Source of the DNA: Pseudomonadota bacterium
GTDB taxonomy: Bacteria; Pseudomonadota; Gammaproteobacteria; Burkholderiales; Burkholderiaceae_C
DNA: 64,000 nt
Assembly (NCBI GenBank): GCA_021805805.1
Contig: JAJZEB010000004.1
Span: 1,218 to 65,217, forward strand
Direction: 5' to 3'
Of this stretch, positions 57,403 to 64,000 are shown piece by piece (positions within the stretch are counted from its first letter, which is position 1; every line of letters starts with the position of its first letter). The notes under the pieces were generated by a model, which did not search any database, was not told where the DNA came from, and worked only from the letters and a program-made list of their open reading frames with translations. A program made the position numbers and the translations under genes.

Positions 57403-60182
57403 CAGCCCCCCGCCTCCGTCCGCGTGAGCGCTTGGTCGTACCAAAGCAGCAACTTCTCGTCTTCTTGCAGTGCGTCTTCAGGGATCTTCTGAGCGATCGC
57501 GATGATGGCCTTGTAGTTCTTAGCAGCCCACGCAGCTTTGAACCCAGCGCGAAGCACCTCCAGGCGAAATTCTTTCAGCTTGCGGCCGGTAGCTGATTGG
57601 TATCCCTCGAACTCCTTTAGCAGCGCCTTGTCGCGCTTCTTCTCCAAATCCTGTGCCTTGTTCGGATCTGGCACGTACCACCGGTCCTTTGCCTTGGCCA
57701 CGAGTTGTGGGCTGATCTTATCGAGGCCGCGGAGATCTTTGTGGTTGGTGGACAAATAGCTATGTATTTGGCTGGGAACCTCACCCACACCGTCGTACTG
57801 AATGAAATTTGCTTCCAGCAAGCTGGAAAGCTCTGGCTTGGCCTCGTGCTTCTTCCAGCCTGCACCAAGCTGACTGATGAACTCGGGGTGTACTTCTTGA
57901 TAGGTGGATGGTCGGCGCTTCAGGAAATCGGTCAACCAGTCAATTGCACTACGCTCATCGGATACAAACATCTCCATCTGCGGTGCCGAAGCGACCTGGC
58001 TTCGCTTCTTGTCATAGTCCGCCGCCTGCGACGCAAGGAAAGCCATTCCATCGCGCATCTCAAATCGCTGCGCCAGGCCAGACTGAAATTCTTGGCTCGA
58101 CAGTGGGACAGGAAATCCGTGCCGAACAAACCATGCGACCATGCGATCAAAAACAATTCGAGGATCGCGTTCCTTCACGAACTCAAGCACCCCTGAATTC
58201 AGCTTCGACGGAGCGAGATACTCAAGATGAGTTCGCACAAAATCCCAAACGGATTCGGTGCTTCCGCAGGCCTTTTTGAACCTGTCTTCAAGACCTCCAT
58301 TGGGTTTGTACGCGGAAATGACGAGATCTTGTTTGACGGACGTTGCGTTCGTGACAGCGTTAAAGCTTCCCTGCTTTTTATCGAGCGAGGAAACATCGGC
58401 AATAACGAAGCCAGCTTCCTGCAGGGCCGTTTGAATTCCATTCCATACAGAAGCCTTGGTGTTTGAGAAAACAACAGTCATCCACCGACCAGGCTTTAAG
58501 ACCCGAAAATATTCCTCAAAGCTTCGACGCATTAAACTCTTGTACTCGATCAGTTGCTTTCCTTGAAAATTGCTAACGATGGCTTCTTGGTCAATTTTCG
58601 TAAAAACACTGTAGAAGGCCTCAACTTGAAAATTGAGCTCGGCATATGCCAAGTTGTCACCAAAAGGTGGATCCGTAAATACGTAGTCGATCGACGCATC
58701 TGGAATGAAGCGGAGATCCGTAGCAGACCCCGTATTCACCACTGCTGCCCCCTCTGTTGACCTATAGGTGCGAAACGCGGCAGATATTCTCTTTAGCTTA
58801 TTTGAATAAGCAGTGAACGGAGAAGCTTCGCAGATGAGCGAGGAAATGTAATAGACCCCGCTGAGCGGGTTGTATGGAAAGGAGACACCCGGGCGGTACC
58901 TGTTTTGTATGGAAAGATTAACAAAGTGACTATCCAACATAAACATCAGCGCATTCGCGATGCTTCGGTTGTCTACGTCCCTAGCTTTCTTGATTAATGC
59001 TGCAAGAATATGAGTTGTTCTGGCGAAGTAAAGATGATGTACGTGCGTAAATGAAGCTGTCCCCGCCCGCCACTTGTCGCCCCAGCAACCGACGCTCTCA
59101 TCCGCATGCATCATCCTGGACGATGGGAATCCGCTAGGAATTGGAAGTGCCTCAATCTTGTCAATCAGAGCCAAATCGTTCGTATCAGGCTTCTTTACGT
59201 ACAGCTTTCCCGCAACTTTGTAGGTTATAAAGGACGGCCTTCTCTTTGGAGATGTGAAACTCTTCCCTGTTACCTTGTCAACCCGAGTTTCGTTGAACTT
59301 CTCCAACCCCCTTTTGTTCAGTTCGGACCCGCAGTGGGGGCATGGAAAACTCTCCCTGACCTCCTGAGTGTCTGCATTAAATGCTTCATCGAGAAAGACT
59401 ACCTCCCCGGCGCACTGCGGGCACGTGAATACCTCGCTCCATATCGTGTCTTCAATAAAAGCCTTTGTTTTGCCATCCGAATGAAGCGTTTCATACATCC
59501 ATCGAAACTCATTCTCAACGGACTTAATGATCATGTTGCCGGCATCAACAAACTCTTCTAGGTCAAATCGCAGGTTGTACGTAGCCGAGATGAAGGTTGC
59601 AGCAGGGGATAGATCATTCAAGATTGCTCGGCGCGCGCCCCAAACCGGCGCTTTCTTGCCCTGCTTCTTCCACTCTGTTTCTAACTCATGACGATACGCA
59701 GCTGGTGCGGCGCCACACCACTGGGCTGCAACCCCGGTCATGCCAGACCCACTAAATCCGTCGAGAACAATATCACCTGGGTTCGTGTAGTGAAGGATTG
59801 AAGGAACAATGGCCAGATGCGGCACCTTAGTGTGGTACGAATGAGCCTTGTAGACGGCATCCGTCTTGCCTACAGAAACGTCGACAGCCAATGGTTCGCG
59901 AGTGCGCTTTTCGGACGGGTCGTACGAAGTACCATACGCGTCTACAAAGTCTTTAATAAAAGGGTTTGGGCACGCCGTGTAGTAGGGTGGATCTGACATT
60001 GCCAAGATCGCGTCGTCTGCGCCATTTGGAAAACCTTCAAGAGATCGAAATGCTGGATCTTTGAGTTTTTCTGCGAGGCGACTCAAGTAATATTCGCGCC
60101 GAGCCTTTTCGCTTGCGTGTTGCTGCCCAAGACAAACAACCGAATTGCTCTCGGCGCTTTCCTTTTTTAGTAGATCGGTCAT
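57402..60182 (-). CDS. pglXI: BREX-3 DNA amino-methyltransferase (PglXI-like)
   Basis: Motif I DGFSGSG and motif IV FTDPPF separated by a large region with CPQC/CPHC; N-terminal SDPPYYTACPNPF. ATG at 60182 has an AAGGA RBS (alternative TTG at 60233). Confidence 0.85.
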   Translation of the reverse strand: MTDLLKKESAESNSVVCLGQQHASEKARREYYLSRLAEKLKDPAFRSLEGFPNGADDAILAMSDPPYYTACPNPFIKDFVDAYGTSYDPSEKRTREPLAVDVSVGKTDAVYKAHSYHTKVPHLAIVPSILHYTNPGDIVLDGFSGSGMTGVAAQWCGAAPAAYRHELETEWKKQGKKAPVWGARRAILNDLSPAATFISATYNLRFDLEEFVDAGNMIIKSVENEFRWMYETLHSDGKTKAFIEDTIWSEVFTCPQCAGEVVFLDEAFNADTQEVRESFPCPHCGSELNKRGLEKFNETRVDKVTGKSFTSPKRRPSFITYKVAGKLYVKKPDTNDLALIDKIEALPIPSGFPSSRMMHADESVGCWGDKWRAGTASFTHVHHLYFARTTHILAALIKKARDVDNRSIANALMFMLDSHFVNLSIQNRYRPGVSFPYNPLSGVYYISSLICEASPFTAYSNKLKRISAAFRTYRSTEGAAVVNTGSATDLRFIPDASIDYVFTDPPFGDNLAYAELNFQVEAFYSVFTKIDQEAIVSNFQGKQLIEYKSLMRRSFEEYFRVLKPGRWMTVVFSNTKASVWNGIQTALQEAGFVIADVSSLDKKQGSFNAVTNATSVKQDLVISAYKPNGGLEDRFKKACGSTESVWDFVRTHLEYLAPSKLNSGVLEFVKERDPRIVFDRMVAWFVRHGFPVPLSSQEFQSGLAQRFEMRDGMAFLASQAADYDKKRSQVASAPQMEMFVSDERSAIDWLTDFLKRRPSTYQEVHPEFISQLGAGWKKHEAKPELSSLLEANFIQYDGVGEVPSQIHSYLSTNHKDLRGLDKISPQLVAKAKDRWYVPDPNKAQDLEKKRDKALLKEFEGYQSATGRKLKEFRLEVLRAGFKAAWAAKNYKAIIAIAQKIPEDALQEDEKLLLWYDQALTRTEAGG

Positions 60183-60255
60183 TGCTTTCCTTGCGTCAGG
60201 CCCAGGTCTCTCGGTCGACAATTTCGCATCCAAAACAGGTTGTGTGATTTATTGA

Positions 60256-60681
60256 CTAATTCCAGGGCTTAAGATCGCTAATCATTCGAGCCTTCTTTAG
60301 TTTCTCTAGTGTTGTGTAGCGCTGCCCCTGGAAAGATTGCTTGCTCGTGTCGCCAATTGCGATTGGATGCTCAAATTCCTCGGGCTCGTTAAATATGAGC
60401 TTGTAGCGCCCTGTCTCTAGGTAATCTACGATTCTTTCTATTTTGGCAAAGTGAGTAATTGCGCTTATCGGGCTTGTCTGATAAACAGCGATCCATTTGA
60501 TGGTTTTTAGCTTTTCGGTGCCGAGGCGAATTGGGTACCAGCACCACTCCCCCAGAAAGACGCTATAAAAGGTTTCTTCTTTGGCTGGCACGATAATCGT
60601 ATCGACGGGCTCCACCTCGGCTCGCGCCAGCTCTTGATTTGTCCGCGTTGCGGCTGGCTGCCTTGAGAAGATTGAGACCAT
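60256..60681 (-). CDS. Uncharacterised 141-aa accessory protein within the BREX operon
   Basis: Same strand as the operon; low GC; globular alpha/beta composition (DTIIVPA...FLGEWCWYPIR...WIAVYQTSPISAITH...QGQRYTT). Confidence 0.75.
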   Translation of the reverse strand: MVSIFSRQPAATRTNQELARAEVEPVDTIIVPAKEETFYSVFLGEWCWYPIRLGTEKLKTIKWIAVYQTSPISAITHFAKIERIVDYLETGRYKLIFNEPEEFEHPIAIGDTSKQSFQGQRYTTLEKLKKARMISDLKPWN

Positions 60682-60698
60682 AGTTTCTCTGTTCAGTA

Positions 60699-60881
60699 TT
60701 AGAGATTCGGGCGCACTTGACGCACGTAGGTAACTTCACGCTCGCCAGTCGAGATGAACTCCACGACGTCCGGATCGCTCAGCGGCACGTCTATGCCAAC
60801 CGCGTCGGGTGCGGTCGTCCACGCGAAGCTGGGGGGAATCCAGCTTTGCAGGCGCAGGGGTCTGCTGCTTGGGCCGCTCAC
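60699..60881 (-). CDS. 60-aa hypothetical ORF or gene remnant
   Basis: GTG 4 nt after the brxC stop, with GGAG immediately upstream; fills the gap to the 141-aa gene. Confidence 0.4.
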   Translation of the reverse strand: MSGPSSRPLRLQSWIPPSFAWTTAPDAVGIDVPLSDPDVVEFISTGEREVTYVRQVRPNL

Positions 60882-60885
60882 GAGT

Positions 60886-63800
60886 TCACTCCACCACGAA
60901 CCGGAGTTTGCTGGCGTCCTTGCCCTTGCAGCGGTCGTTCAGGAAGGCCTCGAACCGCTTGCGCAGGTCATCCGGCGTGGCTGGTGAACCGCCTTGGAGC
61001 AGGGCCTTCTTGATGTCGTCGCCGCTGACGACGATCTTCTCCAGCCCTGACAGTGCCTCCTGCACGGCACTGATAAAGTCCGGGGTGACGGGGTCGGCCA
61101 GCTTCTTCGACGCGACAAACTTCTTGATGAGCTCGCGGGCGGACGCATTCAGCAGGTCAAGGTTGGCCTGGATGATCGGGTCGTCCAGGTTGTCGAGCAG
61201 CGTTTGCTGCCAGACGTCGAGCAACTTGTCCAGCTCCTCATCCAGCTGCTTGAGAACGTTGGTGGCCGGCAGGAAGTCGCCTTGCTCGTTGGCCGGCCGG
61301 AAGCTGCAGTGCGGACAATAGGGGCTGGCCGACAGCTCCGACTCCACCAGCGACGCGCAACTCTTGAGCTTGTCGAGCTTGGCTTCGAAGGCGGTGAGCT
61401 GGCTGGTGGGCATCAGCGAAATGCCGGCCAGGGCCCGCATGGCCACCAGGCGCGTGTCTTTGCGCAACGCAGACTTGATCTTGTCCTCCGCCACGCCCAA
61501 GCGAGCCTTGCTGTGCTGGGCGATGTAGGCGGTGAGATAGTCCTTCTTGAGCTGGGCCAGGGTCTGCCGGTATTCGGAGGCACGTTGGGCGTTGCGATCC
61601 AGCGCGAGCTTGTCCAGGATGTCCTTGCGTGCGCTTTGCGCCTGCTTGACCCACGCGTGGTCGCTGGACAGCACAATTTCGGCCTGCGACAGGTAGGCGG
61701 CCGTGCTGCCCAGCTCCGTCACAAACTCAAGAAGCCTTTCTGCGGCGACCAGGACATCAAGGTTCTTCTTCTGGGCGTCGACGTCGTCAGAGCCGATGCG
61801 CAGGTTCTTCAGCTTGCCTACCGTGTTGTACGGCGTCAGCCCCTCTGTGAATGTCTTGAGCGCTTCCAGCCGGGTGCGCCAGTCGCGGATTTCGTCGTCC
61901 GTGAGTAGCGGCTTGCCCCAGAAGGTGAGCTTGCCTTGCAAATCGGTGCCTGCCGCCAGCACCCGGCCAATCAGCTTGGAGACAGCTTCGAGAAGCTGCT
62001 TGACTGGCTCCTCCGAGCCTTGCGTGGCCAGTTGCGCCAAGCCAGGTGACAGGCCGAGCAGTTCGAACAGGGACCGCAGAACGGAGACGTTGATCTCCTT
62101 TGGTGCTTCGACATGCTTGAACTGCTTGAGCTCTTCGAGGCCGCGCTCGGCCAGCAGCGTGATCTTGCCGGAGTCGATCTTGTCGCCCGTGATGGCCAGG
62201 ACGATGTCGCCGGAGTAGACGAGCCCCCCCAGTACGGCAACCAGCAAGTCCGGCTCCAAGCGGAATTTCACCGGGTGGAAGTACTCCACGTCGGTCTGTC
62301 CGTTCAGCAGCTCGCTGCGGTTCAGCACTTGGCCATGCCCCTTGGCCTTCAGGCGGTTCAGTACTTCTTGCGAGTAACGCGAGCGCCCCGGCTCGATGCG
62401 CTCGCCATCTAGCATCTCCAACGCGTCGAGGATGGCATTGGCGTCCTTGGTGCGGGTGCCGCCGGCCAGTGCCTTAAGCGCACTCCCCACCAACTGCTTG
62501 CGGTTGGACTCGGTGACTAGCACCGAAAATGTCGGGTACTCGGGCGAGACATCCGCAAACTGCTGGTTGAGCGCCAGGCCGGAGACGACGTTGACGATGT
62601 CGCGGAAGTTGGCGCGCTCGTCAGATCCCAGGCGGAGCCTGTCACGGATGTTGACGCCCTTGGCCCAGTCCTGCAGGGTCTTGGACTTGCCCTGATAGGT
62701 GACCTCGAAGGCGGTCATCTGCTTTTCTTGGAGCCACTTGCTCATGTCGCGCAGCGCGTCTTTGGCTTTGTCCAGATAGACGGCCTTGGCGCCGCCGCTG
62801 GCGGTGGAAGCAAGGTCCTGTGCTGCGGCATAGAAGGCCAGGTAGCGCTTGATGGCGTCGTCCAGGCCCTTGAGCCGGATGAACACCTCATCCGACTTAT
62901 TCTCGTCGCGGAAACGCGGCGGCTCGAAGGGCTGAATGAAATAGACGTAGAAATCGCGCTCGGGCTGGGCGGTGGGCCGGTCGTTCGGGGCTCCGAAGAA
63001 CAGGTAACCATTGCGGTCGACGCGGCGGTCTTGCCACTCGATCTGGTACTGCCAGATCTGATGGCCCGTGACGTAGGTGCTCTCGTCGGTGCGTTCCATC
63101 AGCTGCTTGATGGCGCCGTAGTAGGCGCGGTCCCGCGCGTCATCCGACAGGGCCTCGGCACGCTTTTCGATCTGCGCGTCGTAATCGACATCCTTCTTGA
63201 GGTCGAGGTAGTACTGCTCTGTGTCCGGCGCCTTGGAGATGAACTGGCCGTTGACCGTCTTGACGATCTCCCGCAGGGTGGTTTGCACGGCGGTGAGCAG
63301 GTCGTCAGCCGGGTCACCACCCATGTCCTCGATGCCAGGCTGGTACAAACACAGCGTGTCGCGCAGCTCGGCAGCGGTCGGCCCGACCGGGACGTAGATG
63401 TCGCCGCCCGTGGTGAGTCGATGCACGGAAAGGCCGGCGATCACGCGTTGCGCCATCGGCCTATAGGCCGGGCGGGTGAATGCCTTCAGCACGCGCTCGG
63501 CCAGGACGTCAGACACCTTCAGCACCGGACCGATGCTGGGGTCAGAACGCAGCACGCCGTTTGATGTGATGGTTGCCCAAAACCTGTCGTACCCGATCAA
63601 GCCTGGCCGATCATCCGGAACATCCTCGTTCAAGACCGACTGTATCTGGTCGCGAAGGGTGACCAGGGCACCGCGCTTCTCGGTGAAGACCAGACGTTCG
63701 AAGGTGCCGATGTACTCTGGGTGAACGGGGAACAGCCGCACGTACTCGTCCATGCGCTCGTTCATGGAGCTGTAGAACTTGGCGAACTTGGTGAGGTAGG

Positions 63801-64000
63801 TTCGGATTTTGTTCTGTTGATCGGCCGTCTTCTTCAGCAAACGCTCAGCGACCACGAAGCTGACGTCTTGCCGGGCCAATAGCACTTGCGTGAACCGGTC
63901 CTTCACGCGGCGCAGGCTGTCGGCGACGTGCTGAAAACGGTTGCTGTCGAAGATGGCTTCTTGCACGCCGGCCACGAAGCGGAACCGCAGGTGCTTGGTG
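60886..64000 (-). CDS. brxC: BrxC/PglY-like large ATPase (DUF6079-type), 5' part outside the window
   Basis: Frame is open to the window edge (...FRFVAGVQEAIFDS, VAERLLKK, FPVHP); over 1030 aa; upstream of MTase-helicase-pglZ. The Walker A motif would lie outside the window. Confidence 0.8.
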   Translation of the reverse strand, partial: TKHLRFRFVAGVQEAIFDSNRFQHVADSLRRVKDRFTQVLLARQDVSFVVAERLLKKTADQQNKIRTYLTKFAKFYSSMNERMDEYVRLFPVHPEYIGTFERLVFTEKRGALVTLRDQIQSVLNEDVPDDRPGLIGYDRFWATITSNGVLRSDPSIGPVLKVSDVLAERVLKAFTRPAYRPMAQRVIAGLSVHRLTTGGDIYVPVGPTAAELRDTLCLYQPGIEDMGGDPADDLLTAVQTTLREIVKTVNGQFISKAPDTEQYYLDLKKDVDYDAQIEKRAEALSDDARDRAYYGAIKQLMERTDESTYVTGHQIWQYQIEWQDRRVDRNGYLFFGAPNDRPTAQPERDFYVYFIQPFEPPRFRDENKSDEVFIRLKGLDDAIKRYLAFYAAAQDLASTASGGAKAVYLDKAKDALRDMSKWLQEKQMTAFEVTYQGKSKTLQDWAKGVNIRDRLRLGSDERANFRDIVNVVSGLALNQQFADVSPEYPTFSVLVTESNRKQLVGSALKALAGGTRTKDANAILDALEMLDGERIEPGRSRYSQEVLNRLKAKGHGQVLNRSELLNGQTDVEYFHPVKFRLEPDLLVAVLGGLVYSGDIVLAITGDKIDSGKITLLAERGLEELKQFKHVEAPKEINVSVLRSLFELLGLSPGLAQLATQGSEEPVKQLLEAVSKLIGRVLAAGTDLQGKLTFWGKPLLTDDEIRDWRTRLEALKTFTEGLTPYNTVGKLKNLRIGSDDVDAQKKNLDVLVAAERLLEFVTELGSTAAYLSQAEIVLSSDHAWVKQAQSARKDILDKLALDRNAQRASEYRQTLAQLKKDYLTAYIAQHSKARLGVAEDKIKSALRKDTRLVAMRALAGISLMPTSQLTAFEAKLDKLKSCASLVESELSASPYCPHCSFRPANEQGDFLPATNVLKQLDEELDKLLDVWQQTLLDNLDDPIIQANLDLLNASARELIKKFVASKKLADPVTPDFISAVQEALSGLEKIVVSGDDIKKALLQGGSPATPDDLRKRFEAFLNDRCKGKDASKLRFVVE

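Larger units (their letters stand above)
49293..64000. mobile_element. Genomic island integrated at tRNA-Thr(CGT), carrying an integrase and a BREX type 3-like defence locus; right end lies outside the window
   Basis: Integrase directly 3' of the tRNA; GC falls from ~70% to ~40-65% in sampled lines; defence cargo. Confidence 0.88.

Overview
High-GC (about 70% in sampled lines) chromosomal segment. Gene order (uvrB-tyrB-phaZ-rnfB-nth; clpA-clpS-icd; xseA-exbBD-lpxK-ycaR-kdsB-adk; dnaG-rpoD; hemH-grpE-dnaK-dnaJ-prfB) points to a betaproteobacterium, probably Burkholderiales (inference). Bases 1-49292 are mostly core genes, plus a cobalamin-riboswitch-controlled btuB-btuC-btuD unit, a 6S RNA, sigma32-type promoters, frameshifted prfB and tRNA-Thr(CGT). 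A lower-GC genomic island starts immediately after the tRNA and runs off the right edge. It carries an att arm with an IHF site and TACGCAT repeats, a tyrosine integrase, a perfect 18-bp inverted repeat, a 174-aa Cys/His-motif protein, about 480 nt of AT-rich non-coding DNA, and a type 3 BREX-like defence operon (brxC/DUF6079 partial, pglXI-like methyltransferase, brxHII helicase, pglZ, brxA). The most novel-looking element is a low-GC cassette inside that operon: a non-canonical 141-aa gene (possible modified-DNA reader), a 60-aa ORF or remnant, and a compositionally foreign methyltransferase core. Together these suggest an exchangeable specificity/accessory slot. Other notable items: a 9-nt VNTR/uORF in the rpoD leader, a His/Lys-rich Asr-like secreted peptide, a mosaic patch in icd and a DnaA-box-like cluster upstream of xseA. 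Annotation was by eye from motifs and synteny; no database searches were run.
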